A stretch of 19,452 nt of DNA from a bacterium (GTDB lineage Bacteria > Muiribacteriota > UBA6191): positions 1 to 19,452 of the forward strand of contig JAYZAC010000190.1 in assembly GCA_036339875.1 (NCBI GenBank), read 5' to 3'. The notes under the pieces are model-generated. The model saw nothing but the letters and a program-made list of their open reading frames with translations, was not told where the DNA came from and did no database searches. Made by a program: the position numbers and the translations under genes. Each line of letters starts with the position of its first letter. Position 1 is the stretch's first letter. Shown one piece after another: positions 9,468-17,775 of the stretch.

Positions 9468-9496
9468 TTGAAGCCTTATAACAGCTCTGGTAGAAT
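9468..9496 (+). promoter_or_regulatory. Sigma70-type promoter of the symporter-glycerate kinase operon
   Basis: TTGAAG (9468-9473), 17 nt spacer, TAGAAT (9491-9496) with an extended TGn. SD-like AGGGGGA at 9508-9514. Confidence 0.65.
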
Positions 9497-9519
9497 ATGG
9501 TCCCAGCAGGGGGACACCT

Positions 9520-11247
9520 ATGAACTTTTTAGATTGGTCTGTGGTCTTTATTTACCTAGCTGGTATGATTTACATGTCTTATTCTTTGGGTAAAAAGCAA
9601 GAAGATATGAAGTCATATTACTTAGGCGGTAATAATTTAAGTTGGTGGTCTATTGGAATATCCACCATGGCGACTCAATGCTCCACAAATTCTCTTTTGG
9701 GGGCTCCGGCGTTCATCATAACCACTGGTATGCTTTGGTTACAGTATGAGTTTGCCGTACCTCTTGCCATGGTCATAATCATGGTTTTTTTATTGCCATT
9801 TTACCGAAAGCTCAACCTGATCTCAGTATACAGATATCTCGAGCTAAGATATGGAGTCGGTACGAGGACCACCTTATCCATTTTATTTCAGTTTCTTAGA
9901 GCCTTTGGAACCGGTGTAACGGTTTACGGTATTGCCATAGTTTTGCAAGAAATCATTGGATTACCATTTCATTGGGCAGTAATTATTCTGGGTGTGGTAA
10001 CCATAATTTACGACATGCTCGGTGGGATGGAAGCTGTTGTTCTTTCTGATGTAATTCAAATGGTGATTTTATACCTAGGTATTCTAATGTGTCTAATCTA
10101 CAGTATCGATGCAGTGGGTGGTTTTGGACAGGTCGTGGAATGGTTTCCCAAAACTGGTGAGGTTTTAGCAGGCTTAGGTGATTTAGCGCCAAAAGCTACG
10201 TTTCATGGTTTTCAAACAGTAGATTTTGAGGGTCATGGTCTAGGCGATGGTAAAACTTTTGCTTTCTTACCTATGCTATTCGGTGGCTTATTTCTATATG
10301 TTTCTTATTATGGTTGTGATCAGACTCAGGTCCAGCGAGAGATGTCTAGTAAGGATGTGGATGATACGAATCTTTCTCTTATGTTGAATGGTTTCATGCG
10401 CTTTCCTTTGGTGCTGACTTATTGTTTTTTAGGGGTTTGTATCGGAGCCTACATAGCTAAAAACCCTGAATTTTTGCAAGCTCTTTTTTCGCCAACTGAT
10501 CAAGCTTATAATTTCAATTTGGCGGTTCCCAAATTCATACTAATGAATCTACCGCATGGAATTATTGGTCTAGTCATAGTAGCGCTATTTTCAGCGGCTA
10601 TGTCTTCACTTGATTCTACGATTAACTCGTTGTCAGCAACTACAATACGAGATATTTACGAACGATTTTTTGTAGAGGGTGGTCAATTAGCTCCTGAGAA
10701 AGAGCTTTTTATGAGCCGAGTTTTTACAGTATTCTGGGGAGTACTTTGTGTGGTGTTCTCTTTCTTTGTAGGAAATATAAGCGATTCAATTATTGAGTCA
10801 GTCAATAAAATCGCTAGTCTCGCAAATGGACCTATACTAGCCTTATTTTTGATGGGTATTCTCACACGTCGCTGCAATGGATATGGAGCTACGGCTGGTT
10901 TACTTGCTGGTTTAGCATTCAATGCTGCATTATGGATATGGGCCCCGGGAGTATCTTGGCTTTGGTGGAATGTTATCGGTTTTATTGTGGCTTTTTTAGT
11001 GGGTTATCTGATATCCACATTAACTCGTTTGAGTCTTGAAATAAGTCCCCTTGAGAATGGTGCTTACAAAGCAGTGCCTGTTATTAATGACCCAAGTAAA
11101 GAAGATCTAAAAGGTCTCATTTACACTCGTAATATTTCAGAATACTTTGAATATCGATTAAATTGGCCCCGTAATTATGCATATATGATGTTATTTACGG
11201 TTTTCATGATTGGCTTTAGTGTTTGGTTAGGTCGGATTGGTACATGA
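9520..11247 (+). CDS. Sodium:solute symporter (SSS/SLC5, NIS/SiaT-like branch)
   Basis: YYLGG..LSWW, ISVYRYLELRYG, GGMEAVVLSDVIQ, GCDQTQVQR and AAMSSLDSTINS motifs with many TM segments. Confidence 0.95.
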   Translation: MNFLDWSVVFIYLAGMIYMSYSLGKKQEDMKSYYLGGNNLSWWSIGISTMATQCSTNSLLGAPAFIITTGMLWLQYEFAVPLAMVIIMVFLLPFYRKLNLISVYRYLELRYGVGTRTTLSILFQFLRAFGTGVTVYGIAIVLQEIIGLPFHWAVIILGVVTIIYDMLGGMEAVVLSDVIQMVILYLGILMCLIYSIDAVGGFGQVVEWFPKTGEVLAGLGDLAPKATFHGFQTVDFEGHGLGDGKTFAFLPMLFGGLFLYVSYYGCDQTQVQREMSSKDVDDTNLSLMLNGFMRFPLVLTYCFLGVCIGAYIAKNPEFLQALFSPTDQAYNFNLAVPKFILMNLPHGIIGLVIVALFSAAMSSLDSTINSLSATTIRDIYERFFVEGGQLAPEKELFMSRVFTVFWGVLCVVFSFFVGNISDSIIESVNKIASLANGPILALFLMGILTRRCNGYGATAGLLAGLAFNAALWIWAPGVSWLWWNVIGFIVAFLVGYLISTLTRLSLEISPLENGAYKAVPVINDPSKEDLKGLIYTRNISEYFEYRLNWPRNYAYMMLFTVFMIGFSVWLGRIGT

Positions 11248-12479
11248 AATCAGTCCCTGAGCTTGCGCTACACCTTAAGACTAGCCTTAATGTGAAGCAG
11301 CTACTTGAATCGGGCTTAAAAGACTACTTGGGAGATTTTGTTCCTTCGAAAGTTTTGTCTATTGGTAAAGCGGGATGTGATTTGGCGGTGGGTGTTAAAT
11401 CATTATTTCCAAATTGTAGTGGTTTAATCGTAACCAAATACGGACATGGGTTTCCGATCACTGATTTTGAATTGATCGAGGCAAATCATCCTGTGCCCGA
11501 TGAGAACTCTGTAAAAGCAGCTAAGGCTGCATTTGATTTTATTAAAAATGTAGATGAAACATTATTAGTCCTTATTTCAGGTGGTGGCTCAGCTTTGCTT
11601 TGTGCTCCCATTGAGGGCGTAACTCTTCAGGATAAAAGAGATATAACCTTATCGCTATTGCGCTGTGGAGCTACTATCGATGAAATCAATATGGTTCGTA
11701 AAAGCCTTTCACAAATTAAAGCTGGTGGTTTAACTGCAAAATTAGGGGGTGTTGCATTAAATCAAGTTCGAGTTGCTGTTATTTCGGATGTTGTAGGTAA
11801 TGATTTGTCGACAATTAGCTCTGGTCTTTTTTTTGGGCCTTCACCGTGCATATCAAAAGCGACTGATATTCTGAAGAATTATAATATCAATCTTTCTCCT
11901 TCTATCTTGCAAGCTTTGAGTGATAAAAATCACAATGACTCTTGCGATAATCCCATACATTTTATTTTGAGTGATGTTAATCAGGCCGTTGAAATAGCTC
12001 GCGAGTTTCTGAATGATATTGGCTATGAAGTATTTACTTATCCAAGTTCACTAAATGGTCTGTTACAGTACAATATCCGTAAAATGGTTGATTGGCTAGA
12101 CTACAAGCCAGGCACGGCATGGATTTCCGGTGGAGAATGCACCGTTGAGGTATCAGGCAATGGTTTGGGAGGGCGTAATCAGCAATGGGCCATAGAGACT
12201 GCCATTACTTTAGTCGAAAAAGGCTTCTCAGACTTTGAAGTCTTTAGTTATGCTACGGATGGAAATGATGGTCCTACTGATTCAGCAGGCGGCTGGGTAT
12301 GTAGTAATTGGTTAGCGCAAAATATCGATCAGGCACGACATGCGGTAAAATCAAATAACACATATCCATTCTTAAAAAAATTTAATGCTCATCTAATGAC
12401 CGGTCCTACAGGCACCAACATTAACGATGTTCGCGGTATACTCTTTAATCCTCAAACCATTCAAAGTCGAATGGATTAA
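11244..12479 (+). CDS. Glycerate 2-kinase, class II (DUF4147 + MOFRL, TtuD/GckA-like)
   Basis: IGKA, HPVPD, LISGGGSAL, VRK.LS.IKAG, ISDVVG, GGE.TV..G.GGRNQ, TDGNDG and TGPTGTNIND. The ATG at 11244 overlaps the symporter stop (ATGA), so it is preferred over the TTG at 11223. Confidence 0.93.
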   Translation: MKSVPELALHLKTSLNVKQLLESGLKDYLGDFVPSKVLSIGKAGCDLAVGVKSLFPNCSGLIVTKYGHGFPITDFELIEANHPVPDENSVKAAKAAFDFIKNVDETLLVLISGGGSALLCAPIEGVTLQDKRDITLSLLRCGATIDEINMVRKSLSQIKAGGLTAKLGGVALNQVRVAVISDVVGNDLSTISSGLFFGPSPCISKATDILKNYNINLSPSILQALSDKNHNDSCDNPIHFILSDVNQAVEIAREFLNDIGYEVFTYPSSLNGLLQYNIRKMVDWLDYKPGTAWISGGECTVEVSGNGLGGRNQQWAIETAITLVEKGFSDFEVFSYATDGNDGPTDSAGGWVCSNWLAQNIDQARHAVKSNNTYPFLKKFNAHLMTGPTGTNINDVRGILFNPQTIQSRMD

Positions 12480-14100
12480 GTATAGCGCCACGATTTCTCA
12501 ATAAACCTGAGTTTGGGTCAAATCCAATCGTCTCAAGTAGTCGATTTGCATCATATACTGAATCGCTAAAATTATGGATACAAGCTAATTTTTGACCTCC
12601 AGACGATCTTAAAATACAAAAAATACTTTCATCAGTTACGGGGAATTCAAAGTCACCATAAGGGTCGAAAGCCAGTTGATTTGCTCTAATTTCGAGCATA
12701 TCCATGTACGGCTGGAATACTAATGGACGTAAACCATTTTTCAGTTCTTTTTCCAGTCTAACTTGCGTTAACTTTTCACGATTTATTGAGCGATTTGCAC
12801 CAGTGGTTTCTACCCCCGCATGATCGTTACGAGATCCAAATAAGCTATGAAAATATATCCCAGGTAGTCCCGGCATACATAATAAGACCGATTGTGCGAG
12901 TAACATTTTACGAGCGCGTAGATCATCTTCGTCATCTGGATTCGAAATTAGATCCATGAAATTAATGCACAGCTCATAAGGGCTCTGACTGCCATCTAGA
13001 TTATTTTTATAATTAACTTTACCACCTCTTTCCTCACAGGCTTTACCCAGAAAGCTGATATCTAAAGGACTCAAAATGCCTTCGGCACCCCTCACACCTA
13101 TTCCATCATGAGATGCCATGGTATTGAAGAAGGTACACAGTTTGTTTGGTAATTCTAATCCTGAAGCCCATAATTGAAGAGCAAAGCTGGAGTTGTTCAA
13201 TATGGCATGAGCAGTGAGCGGAGGTAACGGAAATTGATAAACAAGTTGTGCTTCATCTCCGTTTTCTCCGAAATAAGAAATATTCTCTTCATGTGGGACG
13301 TTTGTTTCTGTAATTATCAACGTGTCTGGAGCCACTTGATTTAGACAATCGCGGAACAACTTTACGACTTCGTGAGTTTGTTGTAGATGCATACAATTAG
13401 TACCAATTTCTTTCCACAAAAATGCTATTGCATCTAGACGAATCAATCTAGCTCCTTGACTGACATAGAACAGTAGCGTTTCAATTAGGCTAAGTAATAC
13501 TTTGGGGTTCTTTATATTTACATCTACTTGATCTTCAGAAAATGTTGTCCAAAGGTGCTTAGGCCCATTAAAGCTATTAAAGAGAGTCAATAGAGGTAAT
13601 GCTCTTGGGCGTATGACTCCTGATAGATCAGTTTGAGGATCAACAGAAATACAAAAATCATCGTAGTTTGGATCACCAGATAAATATCCAGTTACCCATT
13701 TTGAGTGAGACGATACATGATTAAATACAGCATCAAACATTAGACCGTAATCTTTTGAAAAACCTCTAATATCTGTCCAATCTCCATAATCTGGGTGGAC
13801 TTCTAAATAATCTACGACTGAAAAGCCATCATCTGAGGTGAATGTATAAAATGGTAAAATATGGACTAACGGAATCCTTTTACCTACCCAAAGTTTAAGA
13901 AATTCATGCTGACATCTAAGTGGAGAACCTTGCTCTCCACTGATTTGATCTGGATACGTAATGAGCATACTGTCTGCAGAGGTCAAGGGATTTGTATTTT
14001 GACGATGGGCTAATACTTCCTTATAACGTTTGAGGATTTTTTGCAGATCTTTATAGACGTTTTGTCCAGGATATAAATTTTCTAGTCTCTTTTTAATCAT
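12445..14100 (-). CDS. GH13_18 sugar phosphorylase, most likely glucosylglycerate phosphorylase (YcjM-like)
   Basis: MLITYPD, HILPF, SDDGFSV, DAVFNH, WTTFSEDQVD, and catalytic RLDA / ITETN / SHDGIG. The acceptor loops read ETN and PYE rather than the E(I/V)H and YQ of sucrose phosphorylases. Confidence 0.88.
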   Translation of the reverse strand: MIKKRLENLYPGQNVYKDLQKILKRYKEVLAHRQNTNPLTSADSMLITYPDQISGEQGSPLRCQHEFLKLWVGKRIPLVHILPFYTFTSDDGFSVVDYLEVHPDYGDWTDIRGFSKDYGLMFDAVFNHVSSHSKWVTGYLSGDPNYDDFCISVDPQTDLSGVIRPRALPLLTLFNSFNGPKHLWTTFSEDQVDVNIKNPKVLLSLIETLLFYVSQGARLIRLDAIAFLWKEIGTNCMHLQQTHEVVKLFRDCLNQVAPDTLIITETNVPHEENISYFGENGDEAQLVYQFPLPPLTAHAILNNSSFALQLWASGLELPNKLCTFFNTMASHDGIGVRGAEGILSPLDISFLGKACEERGGKVNYKNNLDGSQSPYELCINFMDLISNPDDEDDLRARKMLLAQSVLLCMPGLPGIYFHSLFGSRNDHAGVETTGANRSINREKLTQVRLEKELKNGLRPLVFQPYMDMLEIRANQLAFDPYGDFEFPVTDESIFCILRSSGGQKLACIHNFSDSVYDANRLLETIGFDPNSGLLRNRGAILNPFDFEWFED

Positions 14101-14783
14101 TACACGATTACCTTACGTAGAATTTTATCACTTCGTCTTCTACCAGGTCCTTCATAAGGTGCTTCTAACATTTTATGAATTCTTGATAGCATCATATCGA
14201 TTGCTACAAAGTTTCCGCCTCCACGAGGAATAATTACATCAGCCCAACGCTTAGATGGTTCTACGAAACGCATATGCATAGGCTTAACACTTTGAGTGTA
14301 ACGATCAAGAATTGATTCTAAATCTCGACCTCTATCGAGGGTATCGCGTCGAATTCGTCTCATGAGTCTTTCATCGGCATCAGTATCAACAAATATTTTA
14401 ATATCCATTAATTCGCGCAGCGCTTCAGAGGAGAAAATTAGAATTCCTTCTACAATTACTAAAGGGTGTGGATTTACTTTTTCTGTTGTTTCTAATCTTC
14501 GAAAACTTTTGAAGTCATAGCATGGTTTATCTACGCTTTTACCTTGTTTAAGACTTTTAACATGCTCAATTAAGAGTTCGGTATCGAGAGCATTGGGATG
14601 ATCGAAGTTTATTTCTTCTGGTGTCTGACCATTGAATGCATTGAGGTCTTTGTAATAAGAATCATGAGAAAAGACCGAAAAAGTTGAAGGGTCCAGATGA
14701 TCTACAATCGTATTTGTCACGGTAGTTTTTCCGGATGCAGATCCGCCAGCGATTCCAAGTATTATCGGTTGAATATTCTTCAT
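14100..14783 (-). CDS. udk: Uridine kinase with a basic C-terminal extension
   Basis: GIAGGSASGKTT P-loop, HDSYY, NFDHP, IVEGIL, RRIRRD...RGR, VKPMH.RFVEPSKRWADVIIPRGG. Its stop overlaps the phosphorylase start (TAATG). Confidence 0.95.
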   Translation of the reverse strand: MKNIQPIILGIAGGSASGKTTVTNTIVDHLDPSTFSVFSHDSYYKDLNAFNGQTPEEINFDHPNALDTELLIEHVKSLKQGKSVDKPCYDFKSFRRLETTEKVNPHPLVIVEGILIFSSEALRELMDIKIFVDTDADERLMRRIRRDTLDRGRDLESILDRYTQSVKPMHMRFVEPSKRWADVIIPRGGGNFVAIDMMLSRIHKMLEAPYEGPGRRRSDKILRKVIV

Positions 14784-14793
14784 GTTTTTCCTA

Positions 14794-15510
14794 TTACCAA
14801 CTCTTTTCCTGCCGTTTTACTAGATAGTTGGCAATATTTAATAATTCAGAGTCACTCAGGCGATCCTCACTGAATATAGGCATTGATGGAAATCTCTGAC
14901 GTTCAAAACCATTGGGCATATTTTGTTGTGGAACTTCTTCAATTTCAACTAACTTCATGTTCTGTTGAGCGACTAATCTTGGACGACTCATGCCTCGTAC
15001 CTTTCTATAGATACCCTCTCTAGAGAGTGGATTTTCTAACAAGGTGATTTTTAATCTACTATGACACGGTAAGCAACTATGCTCATAAGTGTCTTTACCA
15101 TAAAAATCATTACCATCTAACTTTAATGGCAGATAATCACTGAGAACTCCATATTGATAGGGTTCGTGATTTTGAGGATGAGAAACAGTTTTTAGATAAG
15201 CAGCTATATCTCGAAAGTCTTTATCATTATTACGCAATTGATAGGAAGTCATACAATCAGCAACTGCATCTTTCAAGTTATCGAATTTTGATCTCTTAAA
15301 GTACTTTCTGAAAAAAGAATTTCGCAGTGGTGGACCTGACTTTTTGACACTGAAGTAATGCTTTTCTTGAATATTGTGACATTCGGCGCAGGAAGTTTGA
15401 CGTTTGCCATCGATATAAGTTTTATGAAACAAAGTATAGCCGCGTGAGGAGCTTTCAGTGGTCCAAATAGGACTCGCAAATAAAAGCCAAAGTAAAAGGC
15501 TGAACCACAT
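14794..15510 (-). CDS. Exported dihaem c-type cytochrome, TsdA/SoxA-like architecture
   Basis: Hydrophobic N-terminus, two CxxCH motifs (CAECH 41-45, CLPCH 146-150), a lone Cys86, and a C-terminal MP..LSDSELLNIANYL class I cytochrome end. Confidence 0.85.
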   Translation of the reverse strand: MWFSLLLWLLFASPIWTTESSSRGYTLFHKTYIDGKRQTSCAECHNIQEKHYFSVKKSGPPLRNSFFRKYFKRSKFDNLKDAVADCMTSYQLRNNDKDFRDIAAYLKTVSHPQNHEPYQYGVLSDYLPLKLDGNDFYGKDTYEHSCLPCHSRLKITLLENPLSREGIYRKVRGMSRPRLVAQQNMKLVEIEEVPQQNMPNGFERQRFPSMPIFSEDRLSDSELLNIANYLVKRQEKSW

Positions 15511-15516
15511 ATTCTC

Positions 15517-15545
15517 AGTTTAGAAAGTAAATCCGACTGACGCAA
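15517..15545 (-). promoter_or_regulatory. Sigma70-type promoter of the cytochrome-udk-phosphorylase run (probably leaderless)
   Basis: Minus strand: TTGCGT, 17 nt, TAAACT, 6 nt, ATG(15510). Confidence 0.55.
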
Positions 15546-15602
15546 TAGCAAACGGCAAGCAAATGATTAAGTATTGATTATTTTTCAGGCTTTAGCAGCT
15601 TC

Positions 15603-15611
15603 TGGTACAAT
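15603..15611 (+). promoter_or_regulatory. Extended -10 promoter of the thiolase-moaDE operon
   Basis: TGgTACAAT lies 25 nt before ATG 15637. SD AAGGAG at 15626-15631. Confidence 0.55.
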
Positions 15612-15636
15612 GACGGCCCAAATTTAAGGAGTGAGG

Positions 15637-16821
15637 ATGACTAAGAAAGTTTTTATCGCATCAGCTTGTCGCACAGCAATTGGTAGTTTTCAAGGAATGT
15701 TTGCCAACACTTCTGCAGTTAATTTAGGTGTTAGTGCAGTTAGAGAGGCATTAAATCGTGCTAAATTAGAGGGTCGTGAGATTGAGGTGGATGAAGTTAA
15801 TCTTGGTTGTATTTATCAGGCAGCTCAGGGTCAAGGTGTAGCTCGACAAGTTTCAATTCATGCAGGTATTCCTAATACAACACCTGCTGTGACTTCAAAT
15901 ATTTTATGTGGTTCGGGCTTATTTAGTGTGGTACAGGCGGTAAGAGCAATTCGTTCCGGAGATTGTCATATCATTGTTGCTGGTGGTACTGAAAACATGA
16001 CAAAGGCACCATACCTTCTGGCTAAGGGGCGTGAAGGTTATCGAATGGGACATGCGGAAATTCATGATCATATGATCTTTGACGGACTTACAGATGCTTT
16101 CAACAACTATCATATGGGTATGACTGCCGAAAATCTTGCTGAAAAATATGAGATTAGTCGCGAAGAGCAGGATAAATTCGCGGTTGATTCTCAGAATAAA
16201 GCGGAAAAGGCGCAAAACGAGGGTCGATTTGAAGACGAAATCGTTGCGGTCTCTATTAAAAAACGAAGAGAAGAAATAGTTTGTGATACTGACGAATATA
16301 TTCGAAAGGGGGCTACTTTTGAAGGGATGCAAAAATTAAGGGCTGCCTTTAAGAAAGATGGTTCAGTAACTGCGGGCAATGCATCTGGTATTAATGACGG
16401 AGCTGCTGCTGTAGTGGTAGTATCTGAAGAAAAACTTGCCGAACTTGGTGTGGAACCTCTGGCTGAAATAGTTGGTTGGGGGGTTAGTGGTTGTGAACCA
16501 AGCATAATGGGTATTGGACCGGTTCAAGCTGTTAAAAACACGCTTAAAGTCAGCGGGTCTTCGATTGAAGAACTTGAATTGATTGAAGCTAATGAAGCCT
16601 TTGCTGCCCAGAGCATTGCAGTTAACAAGGAGCTTGGGTGGGATACCCAAAAAGTTAATGTAAACGGTGGAGCCATTGCTCTGGGTCATCCTGTAGGAGC
16701 TAGTGGGGCCAGAATTTTAGTGACTTTATTGCATGAAATGAAACGTTCGTCTAAAAAAGAAGGTTTGGCAACTCTATGTGTTGGTGGTGGAATGGGTGTA
16801 GCACTACAAGTGCGTCGCTAA
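15637..16821 (+). CDS. atoB: Acetyl-CoA C-acetyltransferase (thiolase II)
   Basis: RTAIG, catalytic NILCGSG, GGTENM, HMGMTAE, VTAGNASGINDGAA, EANEAF, GHPVGASG and LCVGGG. ATG 15637 chosen from SD spacing. Confidence 0.95.
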   Translation: MTKKVFIASACRTAIGSFQGMFANTSAVNLGVSAVREALNRAKLEGREIEVDEVNLGCIYQAAQGQGVARQVSIHAGIPNTTPAVTSNILCGSGLFSVVQAVRAIRSGDCHIIVAGGTENMTKAPYLLAKGREGYRMGHAEIHDHMIFDGLTDAFNNYHMGMTAENLAEKYEISREEQDKFAVDSQNKAEKAQNEGRFEDEIVAVSIKKRREEIVCDTDEYIRKGATFEGMQKLRAAFKKDGSVTAGNASGINDGAAAVVVVSEEKLAELGVEPLAEIVGWGVSGCEPSIMGIGPVQAVKNTLKVSGSSIEELELIEANEAFAAQSIAVNKELGWDTQKVNVNGGAIALGHPVGASGARILVTLLHEMKRSSKKEGLATLCVGGGMGVALQVRR

Positions 16822-16825
16822 GTTT

Positions 16826-17071
16826 ATGAAAGTTAAAGTTATTTACTTTGCAGTCTATAGTGAGCTTCTTGGTAAGCGTGAGGAATCGATCAGTATAGAA
16901 AAAGGTACCACTGTTAAACAGGCTTTTGAAAAGTGTACTAAGGGACTGACTGAACGAAAAAAGCTGCTTGAGGCAACCATGTTTGCAGTAAACGATGAGT
17001 ATGTAGACTCTACAGTGTCACTAAAAGATGGTGATGAGTTAGTTTTCATACCACCGGTTAGTGGGGGTTAA
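16826..17071 (+). CDS. moaD: Molybdopterin synthase sulfur carrier subunit (MoaD/ThiS family)
   Basis: KVIYFA, AVNDEY and LKDGDELVFIPPVSGG with the C-terminal GG; adjacent to moaE. Confidence 0.95.
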   Translation: MKVKVIYFAVYSELLGKREESISIEKGTTVKQAFEKCTKGLTERKKLLEATMFAVNDEYVDSTVSLKDGDELVFIPPVSGG

Positions 17072-17486
17072 TTTGGTCGAACTTGTTCATCAGGAAATTA
17101 ATCCAGACAAATATCAGAAATATTATGTAGACCATAGTCATGGGGCAGTGGTTAATTTTCTTGGCGTGGTTCGGAATATTCATGAAGGTCGTGCAGTCAA
17201 ACGTATTTTCTATGAATGTTATGAAAGAATGACCTTAAAAATGATGCAGCAAATTGAGCAGGAATGTTTGGAACATTATCCTATGGTAAAGATGGTCTTA
17301 GTGCATCGCATCGGTATGGTAGAGTTGGGTGAAGCTTCCGTATTGGTATGCACCTCTAGTAAACATCGTAAGGACTCCTATGAATCAAGCATGTTTGTAA
17401 TGAATCGTGTAAAAGAGTTACTCCCCATTTGGAAAAAGGAATTTCATCCTGATGGAGACACCTCTTGGGTTGGAATTGGTTCTTAA
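17061..17486 (+). CDS. moaE: Molybdopterin synthase catalytic subunit
   Basis: GAVVNFLGVVR, YECY, HRIG, SKHR and KELLPIWKKE. Start is the GTG at 17061 or the TTG at 17073. Confidence 0.95.
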   Translation: MGVNLVELVHQEINPDKYQKYYVDHSHGAVVNFLGVVRNIHEGRAVKRIFYECYERMTLKMMQQIEQECLEHYPMVKMVLVHRIGMVELGEASVLVCTSSKHRKDSYESSMFVMNRVKELLPIWKKEFHPDGDTSWVGIGS

Positions 17487-17490
17487 GTAT

Positions 17491-17775
17491 ATGAGTAAAA
17501 TTACCATAGAAGGCGAAATTTACCATGCTACTTCGGGAGAAAGTATTCTCGCTGTCGCTAATCGAGAAAATCACTATTTAGGTGAGGTTTGCTTTCAAGG
17601 GAACTGTGCAGGTTGTCTTGTTGAATTATGTGAAAATGCTCATGAGCAGTTAGAGAGTCCTAGTATTAAAGAATCAGAAGCATTAAAGGTACTTAATAAA
17701 TCTCCTGAAAGATTTCGTTTAGCTTGTCAGGCTAAAATTATAAGACTTCCAATAGAAGTGAAAAAACCACTTTGA
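17491..17775 (+). CDS. 2Fe-2S ferredoxin
   Basis: C-x4-C-x2-C (CFQGNCAGC) plus distal RLACQ. The ATG at 17491 follows the moaE stop by 4 nt and is preferred over 17452. Confidence 0.88.
   Translation: MSKITIEGEIYHATSGESILAVANRENHYLGEVCFQGNCAGCLVELCENAHEQLESPSIKESEALKVLNKSPERFRLACQAKIIRLPIEVKKPL

Noticed and set aside
12445..14100. Annotation as sucrose phosphorylase or alpha-amylase
   Set aside because: The acceptor-site motifs ETN and YE, plus the neighbouring glycerate kinase, favour glucosylglycerate phosphorylase.
14915..14970. Short internal peptide echo in the cytochrome (AQQNMK...PQQNMP)
   Set aside because: Only four residues, with different codons; insufficient to call a duplication.
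16826..17071. MoaD as a ubiquitin-like component of an antiphage or protein-conjugation system
   Set aside because: No E1, E2 or JAB partners are present, and the adjacent canonical moaE explains it.
1103..17574. Short ORFs nested antisense or out of frame within longer genes (e.g. 1103-1366, 2610-2914, 3856-4095, 6809-7165, 9983-10192, 15273-15551, 15919-16689, 17356-17574)
   Set aside because: They are shadow ORFs of well-supported genes and carry no motifs of their own.
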